Part shown: piece after piece, positions 22,537 to 34,763 of the stretch
Layout: every line of letters begins with the position of its first letter
Position numbering within the stretch: position 1 is the first letter of the stretch
NCBI GenBank assembly: GCA_977018835.1
Contig: OZ361259.1
Coordinates: forward strand, 310,001-374,000
DNA length: 64,000 nt
From: Minutocellus sp. GHC0000111
Lineage: Eukaryota
Direction: 5' to 3'
The notes under the pieces: model-generated
The model's database searches: none
What the model was told of the DNA's origin: nothing
Seen by the model: only the letters and a program-made list of their open reading frames with translations
Program-made: the position numbers and the translations under genes

Positions 22537-24217
22537 ATGCGCGAGTGCATCTCGATCCATTTGGGCCAGGCCGGTATCCAGACCGGTAACCAGTGCTGGG
22601 AGCTTTACTGCCTCGAGCACGTGAGTAGAGTTTTTCCAATCTTGTGACGGTTACGGTTTGGGTTTATGTGCTGGTTTTTGGTGGTGTTTCATATGCCCAA
22701 GATACGTACCTTTTCCTTGCATCAAACTCCTCTAATCTTACCCCATTTCATTCTTGCCATGTCTATGCATCTTGCGCGCGCAGGGCATCGACCCCTCCGG
22801 CCGCATGTCCGGCGAGGGAGGCGTCAAGGCCGGAGACGATTCGTGCTCCACCTTCTTCGCCGAGACCGGTGAGGGCCGTCACGTCCCCCGTGCCGTCTAC
22901 GTCGATCTCGAGCCCTCCGTCTGCGACGAGGTCCGCACCGGCACCTACCGTCAGCTCTACCACCCCGAGCAGATCATTGCCGGCAAGGAGGATGTGAGTT
23001 GTAATATTCATGTGCTTGTTTGATCCGTCATTTGTTTATTTTTGAATGCATCGATTGGGTTATTTTGTCCAGCATCGGCATTGGCATACTTCCTACCTCC
23101 CATGAGTCCCTGTGCTCACATCACTTTTATATTTCAATTATTTGCATTATATTAGGCCGCCAACAACTACGCCCGTGGTCACTACACCATCGGCAAGGAG
23201 ATTGTCGACCAGGTCCTTGACCGCGTCCGCAAGCTTGCCGACAACTGCACCGGCCTTCAGGGCTTCCTCGTCTTCCACGCTACTGGCGGTGGTACCGGTT
23301 CCGGTCTTGGCTCTCTCCTCCTCGAGCGCTTGAGCGTCGATTACGGCCGCAAGTCCAAGCTTTCCTTTGCCGTCAGTCCCTCTCCCCAGGTCTCCACGGC
23401 CGTCGTTGAGCCCTACAACTCCGTCCTGTCGACCCATGCCCTCCTCGAGCACACCGACTGCACCTTCTGCCTTGACAACGAGGCTCTGTACGATGTGTGC
23501 CGTCGCAACCTAGACATTGAGCGTCCCACCTACACCAACCTCAACCGTCTCATCGCTCAGGTCATCTCCTCGTTGACCGCCTCCCTTCGCTTTGATGGCG
23601 CCCTCAACGTCGACGTTACCGAGTTCCAGACCAACCTCGTCCCCTACCCCCGCATCCACTTCATGCTCACCTCCTACGCCCCCATCATCTCCGCCGAGAA
23701 GGCCTACCACGAGCAGCTCTCCGTCGCTGAGATCACCAACTCCGTCTTCGAGCCCGCCTCCATGATGACCAAGTGCGATCCCCGCCACGGCAAGTACATG
23801 GCCTGCTGCCTCATGTACCGCGGCGACGTCGTCCCCAAGGACGTCAACCTCGCCGTCGCCACCATCAAGACCAAGCGCACCATCCAGTTCGTCGACTGGT
23901 GCCCCACCGGCTTTAAGTGCGGCATCAACTACCAGGCCCCCCAGCACGTGCCCGGTGGTGACGTCGCCGCCGTCAAGCGCGCCGTCTGCATGGTTGCCAA
24001 CACCACCGCCATCGCCGAGGCCCTTAGCCGCATCGACCACAAGTTCGACCTCATGTACGCCAAGCGTGCCTTCGTCCACTGGTACGTCGGTGAGGGTATG
24101 GAGGAGGGTGAGTTCTCCGAGGCCCGTGAGGATCTTGCCGCCCTCGAGAAGGACTACGAGGAGGTCGCTGGTGAGACCGAGGCCGATGGCGACGAGGACT
24201 TCGATGAGGAGTACTAA
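22537..24217 (+). CDS. TUBA: Alpha-tubulin; exons 22537-22620, 22784-22993, 23156-24217
   Basis: MRECISIH start, [12 protein letters not shown] across intron 2, GGGTGSG, C-terminal EEY; strong codon bias. Confidence 0.98.
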
Positions 24218-24530
24218 ATTGCACCGTCGAGTTTTCGGTCCCACAGGATGGATTTATCTGGGAATCCAACAAGAAAATGGAACAATTGGAACAGAGAGGT
24301 ACTGGGCGAATGTTTGATTCGGTTTCTCTGTGCGCGCCTCCTGATGTTACTTCTTATTCAAAGGTGGGAGTGCGTTGCATTATTTCAATTGCATTTATGA
24401 TAGCCCGAGGGCAAATGCTTTTTACTATTGCAGTTGGAATGGCTGCTTTTTAAACGAATAGTTCGGCACTTTGCATACTCTATCAACTACTGCTCTAATT
24501 TATGGCCACTCGCTCTATGAAAAGAGAGCT

Positions 24531-25712
24531 CTACGACAGGCGCAAGATATCCGGTAGCTCATCGGCTCTTGGGTAAGAGCTCTGTGCTCCTCGTTTCCTT
24601 ACCGACATGCTGGCCACACCGCACGCCTTGGTGGCTGCCTCACCCAAAGCCAGCCCAGCAGACAAGTATGCCGACAGCGATCCACAGAAGGAATCGCCGG
24701 CGCCTACCGTATCGACGACTGGTTCTGCATTACACGGCAAATCCGGAGGAGCACAAACCAATTCCGTTTGGACATCATTCTCGCCAGATTTGCTGACCAC
24801 CATTGCCCCACGGGCTCCAAGGGTTACAATGACGGCCTTGCTGACACCTCGAGCGAACAGTGTTTTGGCCATGGCCTCCTCATCGTCGGTCTTGGCCGAT
24901 TCCTCGCCCTGGCACAAACTTCTGAGTTCAGTCTCGTTCGGTATGACAATATCGGCATATTTGTAAAAATCAGAATCTAATTCCCATCCCTCTGGCGCTG
25001 GTGCTGGATTGAAAATAGTCGTAGCACCCACTTCCTTGGCTACCTTGAGTGCTTCCAGTGCCACTTCTGGCTTGATTTCCAACTGAACCACCACCGTCAT
25101 GGGGATTTGCTGTCCCCCCTCTTCTCCCTGCTTGTCCTTGGCCATTGACGTAATGGCCGACCGAACATCCGCGGAAGTCAGGGCATGGTTGGCGCCGGGT
25201 ATGACAATGATTTGATTGTCCCCGGTCTTGGTATCGACAATGATTTGTGCGACGCCCGTCGACACATCCGGTGCCACCACCGACGACTCGTCGTACCGGA
25301 GATTGACGTCGCGGAAGCTCCCCAAAAGCTCTGATCCGAAGGCGTCGGCCCCAACCTTGCACACCATGCTGACTGGCACGATGTCGAGGGCGGCGGCGGC
25401 AACGCCCTGGTTGGCACCCTTGCCCCCGAACGAGGTTTCGAAGGATTCGCCGAGGACCGTTTCCCCCGTCTTGGGAACTGTGGCCGTGTAGGCGGTGAGA
25501 TCTTGGTTTGCGGATCCCACCACAACGACCTGGCCCTTGGTGGTGGCGGCGGGAGAAGACATGTGCAATTGTAGCACGGCGGAGCTTGGCGGGGAAGAAA
25601 ATCTGGTAGATGAGGTACTGGCACCCGGGAGAATAAATCCTTGCGATAGTGGAAAAGTTGCGGCGAGTAGCGATGTATGGAGGAGGCCGATGTGTTGCGC
25701 TCGTATCTTCAT
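24531..25712 (-). CDS. RBKS: Ribokinase (PfkB family) with probable plastid-targeting presequence
   Basis: VVVGSANQD, GGKGANQ, NPAPA, PNETE and DTVGAGDSF motifs; signal peptide ending SQG-FI. Confidence 0.92.
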   Translation of the reverse strand: MKIRAQHIGLLHTSLLAATFPLSQGFILPGASTSSTRFSSPPSSAVLQLHMSSPAATTKGQVVVVGSANQDLTAYTATVPKTGETVLGESFETSFGGKGANQGVAAAALDIVPVSMVCKVGADAFGSELLGSFRDVNLRYDESSVVAPDVSTGVAQIIVDTKTGDNQIIVIPGANHALTSADVRSAITSMAKDKQGEEGGQQIPMTVVVQLEIKPEVALEALKVAKEVGATTIFNPAPAPEGWELDSDFYKYADIVIPNETELRSLCQGEESAKTDDEEAMAKTLFARGVSKAVIVTLGARGAMVVSKSGENDVQTELVCAPPDLPCNAEPVVDTVGAGDSFCGSLSAYLSAGLALGEAATKACGVASMSVRKRGAQSSYPRADELPDILRLS

Positions 25713-26364
25713 GGTGGAGGGAGATGGCAGTAGCAGTACCGCTGCGTGAGTAGCAAAAGAGTATCCAATTTTTCCTCAGCAAAAATTTATTTTGCTTGCG
25801 TCACAATCTAAAAAGACGCTCTTAGATTTTCGTGCGTTTTGACAAGAATTCTCTTTTCGGGTGCAGCTGTTCGTTCGGGTTTTCTTTGACAAAGGTTATG
25901 ATCGAAAAATAATATAACAAGTAATATGAAAACTCTGTACACATGAAAAATCTTCAAGAATCAAATTCCCGCCACGTCAGCTCTCTCAGCTCGGAAGTTC
26001 CGGGTTTCATGCTTGTTGTGCTGCTTGGACCGAAATCTTCCGCCGACCCATCACTTTGTTCCCCGAAGTATGAACCATTTTCTCGCCTGCAGTACTAGTA
26101 CTAGTACCATACTCTACTCGTTGGAATTCTTCGCATATCCGCATCTTCTCTCTCGAACGAAATCCATCGCATACTAGTATCTTCGTCAGCATCGCTCGCC
26201 GATCCATATCTGTTCCGATTTTTGTTTTCATTCATAACCAGAGGAAATCCAAGCATATCCAAAGCAGCGAAAGCAAAACCCAATACGACCCATCAACCAC
26301 CAACACTGGCGGATTTTGAATTATTACCACATAGGCCTCTAGAGATAATACAGCAAGCGCAACG

Positions 26365-28655
26365 ATGAGAATCCAATTAGGTTCCGCCGCAACTCTCCTC
26401 TTCATGGCATCGTCCGCTACCGTCTCGCATGGCTTCGCCGCCGTCAAGCGAGCCGGTGGCCGTCCTGCCATCCTCCCCGATCGGATCGACACGCCCAACC
26501 AGGTGTTTGAGCCACCGAAAAAGCAGTCCGGTTCGTCGTCGGCGCGGCTCATCATCCTGCAAATTACCGACGTGTACACCCTCGAGAACATTGCCAGCTT
26601 CAAGACCCTCGTCGAGGAGACCAAGGCCAACAATCCCGACGCCACGGTCGTGTCCATGCTGACCGGAGACTTTTTGAGTCCGTACCTGCTCAGTTCCGTC
26701 GATCGTGGGGCCGGCATGATGCATGCATTGGGCCGGATGGGACTGGACTACATCACCTGGGGCAACCACGAGGCCGATATGTAAGTTGTGCTCTGCAATT
26801 CGTTCGCATTGCTCTGCTTTTGTATTGTTTGGGCTGCAATGGTGCATCGCTCCTGGATCCATTCGCCACCATTCTCTTGTCCCATCAATTCTCTGCGTCT
26901 CACCCATCATCATCCAATCCATTCCCTCATTTATTTATTTGCATCCCACCCAATCTCCCAACCCACAGCGACCACAAATACGTCTGCCGCCACGTCCGAA
27001 ATTTCCCGGGCAAGTGGATCAACTCCAACATGCTGGATCACGACGCCATGGACTGCCAGGAGGAGTACGACGTCATCGAGCTCAAGTCGCCCGATGGCAA
27101 GAACAGCCGCAAGGTGGGCCTGTGTGCCGTCCTCTCGGACGATCCGGCACTCTACTCGCATTTCAAGGCCCCCGGTGCCTTTGGTGGGGCGACCATCACC
27201 GATCCCTGGAGTGCACTCACAAAATACAAGACTCTGCTCGAGGAAGAGGAGGGGTGCGATTTGGTCATTCCGCTTCAGCATTTATATGTCAATGACGACA
27301 TGAAGACGTGCAAGGAGTTTGACTTTCCCGTCATCCTTTCGGGTCACGATCACCACAAGGTCAAGGAGGTCATCGATGGGTCCTACCTCATCAAGCCCGG
27401 TATGAACGGCGACTATGCCACCGTCCTGGAAATTGAGTGGGACGACATCGAGGTCAAGGACCCCACCAAGATTGCCGCCACCTTCGTCAAGGTCGATGCC
27501 TGGGAGCCGGATCCGGTACTGCACGAGGAGAACGAACGCGCCTACGATGCATTAATACCACTGCGCAACACTGAATTGGCCAGCGTCCCGAAATCCTTCG
27601 AGCCGTTAACGTCTAACAACTCCCGTGGCAGCACCTGCACCATGGGCAAGTACATTTGCACCCTCTTGAAGAATGCCATGAACATTTCCCGCCGGCAAAT
27701 ACAATCCAGCGTCGATGCCGTCCTTTTGATGGGCGGTAACATTCGTGGCAATGCGGACTATCCCGAGGGCTCCTTCTTCTCCATGGAGGCACTCGAAGCG
27801 GAGGTAAAATCAAACGAAGTTGTCGGCGTCGTGCCCATGCCCGGATGGCTCCTTTCTGCGGGCGTTCAGGCCACTCATTCTGGAGATCCGATCCCGGGAT
27901 GGATGCAGTATGACGATGGGATTCAGCAGGACGAGACCGGTGCCGTCACTCATGTCAACGGAGAGCGATTAGAGGAGAACCGAATTTATCGTGTTGGTAA
28001 GTCATATGCCGGCCTACATTTGCTAGTTGGAGTCCTGGATTTTTTTGCTTCTTTTCTAATTCACAATCTAACTTTTTCTCAATACATACATCTTTCCATC
28101 TCAACAGCCACAAAGATTAGCGACGTGACCAATGGCCAAAGTCCACCATGGACCGAGTATTACACACAAAATGTCGCTGCTCTTCCTCCCAAGGGTGCTT
28201 ACACAAATATTCACGCCGAGCTCATGAGCTTCTTCGCAAGAAATATTTGGAGAAAGCTCTGGGACGCAATATCCGAGGAGATTGACGACGACAATTGCAG
28301 CATTGGTGCTAGGAACTTGGACGACTGCGAATCGGAGAAGCTCATTCAAGCCATGGACACCTCTGGCAACGGTCTTGTTTCGGTGGAGGATATTCATCGG
28401 TTACTCAAGGATAAGCTCGGCCTATCCGTTGATGAGCGAGAAATGACTCTGGCACAGTACGTCCATTCCTTCGCGGACACCAACGGCGACGGTACCGTCA
28501 CCAAGACGGACTTTGAACTGTTCATTCAAGATATGGAGCAAAATTACGACGAGGAGGAGAAGATCTGGCGATTACCATTCCCTCGTCCTCCGATCGAAAT
28601 TGCCGGGACGGTCTTTGAGGCCCATGCTCCATCTGTATTGTCACTGACTGTGTAA
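26365..28655 (+). CDS. 5'-nucleotidase/metallophosphoesterase with C-terminal EF hands; introns 26781-26968 and 27997-28107
   Basis: ITDVY, TGDFLSP, GNHE and SGHDH motifs; EF hands DTSGNGLVSVED and DTNGDGTVTKTD; signal peptide ending SHG-FA. Confidence 0.88.
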
Positions 28656-29057
28656 ATCACGACGATATTGCTTGCACTCAGTAGACTCCAAACAAAAAGA
28701 GAGATATGTAGATCATTCAAGCCGCAGCGTTCATTCATAGTTGGACATTGTCTGAACTGCGCCCATCCATATCCAACCAACTTAGGCAAACGAACAGCAT
28801 AGGAAATATATGTTTAGGCCAACCAAATGTAAATAATAACAACAATTTTGATGACCGACTTGAAGCTATAACTTTACATGTATTGTCACTTCCGAAAGAA
28901 ATGCTATGCATGAGCTAGTCTTCCCCTTCTTTGATCGAAATGAAAAGCACACGAAAATTGCCTCGTGCTACCCAATCCAGGTGCCATCGCTCATATCATC
29001 ATCTATCGTGTAGCATACAGTCCTGTAGCTCTAGGCTTGTAACACCCATCAGCCTAC

Positions 29058-31232
29058 CTACGAAGTCGTACCCTCAAGGAGATGACGAAACAGATGGTTG
29101 TGACGCGATGGATTCACGAACATACCTCTGTGGCGGTTCAGGAGCGATCCGTAGTTCCTACCATATGTAAGTCGTTGGCCATCTTTGTCCTTGTAAAGAG
29201 ACTCAATTACGTGACGACGAGTAATAATCTGGTCAGGATTGTTGGTAGGTGGCGTAGTGTCCTCCATGAATTCAACCACTTCCGGACGAGCAACATACTC
29301 GGCAACACGAGATTTCATCTGCCGATAGCGTTCGAGTACGACAGGGACTGCCTCACGCATTACCTCGGTTGTTGGGTTGTCCCAGGACTTCCTATAGAAA
29401 GAAGTATTGGACCCATCAGCCCAAGTTTCGGCGTACCAGCGTTCACGCCAAACTACTTTGGCAAGCTCACGGAGCAATCCAAAATTCTCTTCCCCTTCGT
29501 CTGGCACCGCTAGGAACGAAAAGATGGTATCAAACGAACAGCCAGAACGAAACCAAAGGATCCTCTCGCAAATGTCACCACTGGTCGGAGATGCATGGGC
29601 GTCCAGCCACTCAATATTTCCACTGGAATAGGGGAAAGTCACGTTGAGCTGACCCGAAGCCTCACTTGCAGCGTACGCATAGATTGCCCGCTGAATGTCA
29701 TCCGAACTGCCAGACAGCATGGCAAGGTAATCGGCCGAAGAAGTGCGAAGAAGTCCCTTCGACGCGGCAAGAGTATACACACGTCTCATCTCATCTGCCG
29801 TCTCTCTGATCCTCTTCTTACTCACGCTGCTAACAAATCCGAACAGACTCGAAAGGAGCTCATTCGAAAGGCCGCATTGGAACGTTGCGGATGCATTCCC
29901 ATAGCTCTCCCTCCATTCCACCTCCAAGGCGAGACCCTTGTGCTCATAGTCCTCGAGTTGTTCCGAGAGTTGCTCGTAGATTTCCTTCATCTTGGCAAGC
30001 TTCTTGGAGGAACGTTCGTTCTGAGCGGCCCTGTACCTCTGAGTTTCGATCTGGTTCCGGGCGGAGATGAAGGCATTGTCCTTGCTCTCGGCGTCCTTGT
30101 GAGTTTCGACCAGCGATTTGATGACGGCGTCCTCATCGTCGTCGGCTTCGTCATCCACCTCCTTGAGAATTTGGTTGAGGATGGACGTGCGGTCATCGGC
30201 CCTACGATATGATTTTTCGATCTGCTTGATATCACGGGTGGTAACAACTGGGCCCTGACGCTGGCCCTGTGAATCGTAGAAGGGCACATCGAGGGTACGT
30301 TCGTCGACCTGTTCGTTGGAGGAGGCAAAGTGTGAGTAGGGGATGCTCGTGGTGAGGCCTTTGACACAGTCCTTGCAAATACAGAGACCAAAGGGACGGG
30401 TGGTGTAGTGAGCAGTCGCGAGGTTGGCGTGCTTCTGCGTCCGAATGTTGTACCCCCAGCAGTCCGACAGATTCTCACATCTCCTGCCGTTGATGAGCCT
30501 GTATAGTAGGGCCAGGTGAAGAGAAAGTATGACGTTGTGAGCAATGGTGAACGTAATATGACACCGAAAGGCCAAATTTATTCCCATCACAGGAGAAATT
30601 AATGGTAGAAACGAACTTGGGCCCTTTATTTTTTACAGTATATTCCGATGAATTCGAATCGACAATACGTCGAAAAAAGGTAGCCGACAACAATTGTAAG
30701 AAACGTATAAACTCCAGCGTAGTATAGTAGTACTCACCTCAACATACGAACGGCCGACGGCAGAAAGATGGACCTCTTCTCGATCCGTCGGATCAGATCC
30801 CTCATGATCTCCCTCGAATTGCCCCCGCAGTACACCGAGGACTTGACCACAACCTCTCGGGTAAGAAAGGGATGAGATCGTTTGGAAACGCAATACAGCG
30901 CGAAGAGACTCTTTGGGCTGTCCGACAGGAGATCGACGACGAGGGGCATCACGCCCTGCTCGACCAGGACCTCGAAGCGGGGCAGACGCTGCTTGGCCTC
31001 GAGGCGGCGCTTCTTGGCCTTGGCCCGGCGAGTTTCCTTGGCGGCCACCAGGGCTGCCTCGGCCTCGTCGATGCTGTCGTTAGTTTTGTATTTTTCCGCC
31101 GGCCTGGAGCTGGAGCTGGCCGCCACCATTGCCATCGCTGGTATTGGTGTTGGCTGCACTGTCACCACCAATGGCGTCATCGGCATCGACGTGGGGTGCA
31201 GCGGTCGATCGTCGTTTGCGGAGCGTCGGCAT
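29058..31232 (-). CDS. Hypothetical protein (F-box-like N-terminal part, Cys motif); intron 30737-30499; possible frameshift near 31105
   Basis: GT-AG splicing joins PSAVRMLR-LINGRRCE; PFGLCICKDC; the best ATG (31232, MPTLRKRRS) is out of frame with the main ORF. Confidence 0.6.
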
Positions 31233-31238
31233 GGTTGA

Positions 31239-31262
31239 CCCTAACCCTAACCCTAACCCTAA
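31239..31262. repeat. Interstitial telomere-like repeat (CCCTAA)4
   Basis: CCCTAACCCTAACCCTAACCCTAA read directly. Confidence 0.95.
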
Positions 31263-31457
31263 CGAAAAAGCACGAAATCTGGAAAACTGGGGGATCTCTT
31301 GATTCTCGCCAAATATGGGGGATCGTCGCCCAGGCGAGTGAGTGCTTTTCCATTTTCCATCTTCCTTCATAAATCGTGCCAAACCATGGGATTTGGATGA
31401 GCCATACTATAGACTAGAGTAACCACAACGACGAAACAACCAATTCAATCCCTCCCG

Positions 31458-32582
31458 ATGCTCTCCCCATTCATCCTCTTACCGCTCCTCTTTGGCCTTG
31501 CCAACGCTGGTGCCGACGGCGAAGCAGCGCAATCAGGCTGCCCCGCTACCGAACCGGAGGCGTGGAGTCCCTGCCAGCCCGACCAGGCGGGAGTCAGCTG
31601 CAACCTCGGGGAGGAGTACGGAGGCGATCAATACTGCTGGAAGGACTGCGACGGCAACGTCTGGACGCACCTGTGCGCCGGTGGTCCCGATCTGCCCCCG
31701 CCCCAACAACCAGAAGAAAAGCCGCCGGTCACCCCCAACGAATTCGAATGCAGCTCCCTCACCGACTGTGCGTCGTGCCTGGACCATCCGGCGTGCGACG
31801 CCTGGTCGCGTGGATTAGGTTGCTTTTCGACGTGCTCGTACGATTCCAATGATCCCCAGAGCTTCAATGTGGCCGACGCGCCCTGCTACAACGCAGGTAA
31901 CGGCGGCTGTGAGGCCGAGAGCACCAACGATGCCGACTATCGGCTGTGCTCCCAGCAGACCACCTGCGACGGATGCAGGAATACCAGCAAATCCGGCGGG
32001 GGTTCGTGTCTGTGGATGGCAACTGACTTTGGCGGCGATGGAAGTGATGGATTTTGCACCAGCTCGCAGGGTATGATGTGCTGCCCCGTCGAAACCTGCC
32101 CCGCCACTACTGCGCCTGGCGATGCAACTGAAACAGGCGATAATGTTTCCGATACAGTGGTGGAGGAACAGGAGGGACAATTCGACGACATTATCGCCGA
32201 CTGCGGGGCCGAGATTGGAGCGGGCATTGCCCGCTTCACAACCAGCCAGGAGCCGGCCTGCGAGGGATTCGATCCCATGAGCCTGTTGGCCGGTGATCTT
32301 CCCATCCCCGACAATTGTGAGGAAGGCGCCGAGCTGGTGTGCGGCGTACTGGTCGGTTGCTGCGACCAAGAGATTGTGGACATTGCCTCGTGCGCGGCCA
32401 GGAGCAATTTTGGTCTGGATTGTGATATCGATTGCAGTGGTGCCGACGAAGGATCTACTCCGACGCCTGCTCCCGGTACGACTAGCGGTGGGACTGGTAT
32501 TAAAGCAGTACATGTAACGTCGTCTGGCACACTTGGGCTCCTCTTTGCTGTTGGCGGCGCCCTTGCTGGGCGGTATGTGTAG
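31458..32582 (+). CDS. Secreted or cell-surface Cys-rich protein with PSI-like repeats, probable GPI anchor
   Basis: Signal peptide; CSSLTDCASCL...CDAW and CSQQTTCDGC...CLW repeats; Ser/Thr/Gly linker and hydrophobic C-terminus. Confidence 0.75.
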   Translation: MLSPFILLPLLFGLANAGADGEAAQSGCPATEPEAWSPCQPDQAGVSCNLGEEYGGDQYCWKDCDGNVWTHLCAGGPDLPPPQQPEEKPPVTPNEFECSSLTDCASCLDHPACDAWSRGLGCFSTCSYDSNDPQSFNVADAPCYNAGNGGCEAESTNDADYRLCSQQTTCDGCRNTSKSGGGSCLWMATDFGGDGSDGFCTSSQGMMCCPVETCPATTAPGDATETGDNVSDTVVEEQEGQFDDIIADCGAEIGAGIARFTTSQEPACEGFDPMSLLAGDLPIPDNCEEGAELVCGVLVGCCDQEIVDIASCAARSNFGLDCDIDCSGADEGSTPTPAPGTTSGGTGIKAVHVTSSGTLGLLFAVGGALAGRYV

Positions 32583-33056
32583 ATTCTTGCGGCAGGCGGC
32601 TAGATATTTGCAGCTCTCTATTTTATTTATACCTAAGGCAGAGCGGCCGGAGACATAAGCATATGCACCAATCGCATCACGGTTCAAATGATGTTTGTTT
32701 CAGAGCAATTTCTTCACAGTGCGGAAAGCTTCAAACCCGAAAGGCGCTTCTGTTCTCCTCTTAATTAACTTAGGAAAGTCTAGTAGATGCACTGCCCTTT
32801 CACTAACTATGGAATCCCAATAATTTTCACTAATGCAACGTCTGGAATAGAGTAGATCTAGCTACGCAGATCTACCGGTACAGGGGTCTGGCGACAGTCC
32901 AGCATTTTGTTGACCGCCGCAAGGGCAGATCTCCCGAAATCCAAATAAAATAGATCTAAGCCCCTCTATGCTAAAAGATATTTCAATATCGAATCCACGC
33001 CTTTGTTAGGCACTCACTGCACACAAAAGTAAGTGACGGGAAGAACACTGGGCATC

Positions 33057-33971
33057 ATGATGACGATGAGAGTATCTTTTCTCTGCCTTGCATCGCTGCT
33101 TGGTATCTCGCACGCCAATAATTTGCCCCGCCTGATTGCCCTCGAAGAAGACAGAAACTTTTGTCTGTCGACTGCTGACAACAACCCCAGGCCGGGCGAT
33201 ACCGTCACCTTTCGACGATGCGACTCCAACGCCAAGGGCCAGTACTTCCTCTTTGATAATCGTGGCCAGTGGCAACCAAACGAAGCCCCAGATCTTTGCG
33301 TCGTTGTTGTTCCTCGCAACGTGCCGCAAGCCGGTGATCGCCTCGAGCTCGCTTCTTGTACCGGCAACCAAGCTCAGGACTGGTTCTTCGATGATTCCGG
33401 CCATAATGAGCTGCAAGCGCGGAACAGCGACAGAGTTTGTGCCACGTATTCGGGATCATCAACAAGCAACGGGTCGAGGGCCGTGATGGAACGGTGCACT
33501 GGTGGACAGAGCCAGAGCTTTGACTTTAAATACGACAACCCAGATCGACCGGGAGGAGACTGGGAACAGCTTCGTATGAGGCGGAATCCCACTACGTGCA
33601 TATCAGTTGATAGAGGAAAGGTGTCGGCAGGAGGCGTCCTCAAGACGGACCGTTGCGATCGAAGCAATCGAGCACAGCACTGGCGTTTTCAGGACGATAG
33701 CACGTGGCGACCGAGGGAGATTACAGATCTCTGCGTTGTGCTCGAGCAAGTGCAGTCGAGGGAGGCCCTCGTATTGCGCGATTGCACCACATCACGCTTT
33801 CGCAGGTGGCATTATAATGAAAACGACCTCTTCGAGATCACGCCTCAGCGAGATTCGACCCTTTGCGTTGCACGAGATAACTCCAACTTCTTGGGAGTGT
33901 CCGAATGTCGCAGGCTTAGTCGAAGTGAACGAGAGTGGGAGCTGAATGAAGTTGACTTAAGATATCGATAA
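33057..33971 (+). CDS. Secreted ricin B-type (beta-trefoil) lectin-domain protein, two domains
   Basis: Signal peptide; repeated C-x...C-D...Q-x-W/F units (GQYF, AQDW, SQSF, AQHW). Confidence 0.85.
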   Translation: MMTMRVSFLCLASLLGISHANNLPRLIALEEDRNFCLSTADNNPRPGDTVTFRRCDSNAKGQYFLFDNRGQWQPNEAPDLCVVVVPRNVPQAGDRLELASCTGNQAQDWFFDDSGHNELQARNSDRVCATYSGSSTSNGSRAVMERCTGGQSQSFDFKYDNPDRPGGDWEQLRMRRNPTTCISVDRGKVSAGGVLKTDRCDRSNRAQHWRFQDDSTWRPREITDLCVVLEQVQSREALVLRDCTTSRFRRWHYNENDLFEITPQRDSTLCVARDNSNFLGVSECRRLSRSEREWELNEVDLRYR

Positions 33972-34049
33972 TTATTCATTTGTAACATTTAGGGCATTGT
34001 ATGTTATAATCAATATTGTATGATTATGCAATACATGTGTGTGTAGACT

Positions 34050-34763
34050 CTATATGTCGTAACTCTTCTCCATCTCTCTCACTGCGAGCACAAAGGCAAT
34101 GCAAAACGCAACATCCGCTCCAGGCGCGACGGTGAGGTAGAAATCTTGCGTCGTGTCCTCCAGACTCTTGTATCCGATGAAGCGCTGCAGCTCCAGAGGA
34201 CTCATAAAGTTGGCAATGGGGATGCCACCGGATTTGTAGTCCCCATCCCTCCAGATGGCGCACTTGCCCTGAAAGATGGTCGCCTTTCCGACGATGTCGA
34301 CCATCTCGTCCATGCAGCCCTTATGGGCCTTGTTCCGGATCGTCGTCTTCTGCTTGGTGTTGCCAATGTTGGACCTGACCTTGAACAGGACCTTGGTCTT
34401 GTCCTTCTTGATCTTGTGGACGTCCTTGGGATCGTCGATGCCACGGCAATCAAAGACGAGCTGATCGTCGTTGAGTGGGTTCCACCACACCTTGTCTGCG
34501 ATGGCAAACAGGGGCTTGTCGTCCCGTCCGTACACGAGCTTGAGGTTGCTCAGGCTGAGGCTGTGGCCCTTGACGGAGAACCACGTGTCGCCCTTGGTAT
34601 CCTTGATGTTCATGGTGTCGCCGGACCAGGAGAACTTGGTTTTGAGATGGAGCGCCACGACCTCTCCGTCGTTGGACAAATACTGATCGTCTCCAAAGAC
34701 GGATATCTTCTTGTCCTGTGGAAGTGCCTTCACCTCGACGTCGTACTTGTGAGAGGCGGCCAC
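34050..34763 (-). CDS. LURP-one/Tubby-C-like protein; begins at GTG (probable mutated ATG)
   Basis: LHLKTKFSWSGDTMNIKD...F.VKG and C-terminal YLTVAPGADVAFCIAFVLAV motifs; an in-frame TGA lies upstream with no intervening ATG. Confidence 0.75.
   Translation of the reverse strand: MAASHKYDVEVKALPQDKKISVFGDDQYLSNDGEVVALHLKTKFSWSGDTMNIKDTKGDTWFSVKGHSLSLSNLKLVYGRDDKPLFAIADKVWWNPLNDDQLVFDCRGIDDPKDVHKIKKDKTKVLFKVRSNIGNTKQKTTIRNKAHKGCMDEMVDIVGKATIFQGKCAIWRDGDYKSGGIPIANFMSPLELQRFIGYKSLEDTTQDFYLTVAPGADVAFCIAFVLAVREMEKSYDI

Noticed and set aside
23510..24244. Long antisense ORFs over tubulin and other GC3-rich genes (also 34146-34850, 37055-37807, 46610-47899)
   Set aside because: Shadow ORFs produced by codon bias on the coding strand.
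27997..28107. ORF read-through suggesting a hydrophobic insert in the 5'-nucleotidase
   Set aside because: It is a 111-bp GTAAGT...CAG intron that happens to be in frame and stop-free.
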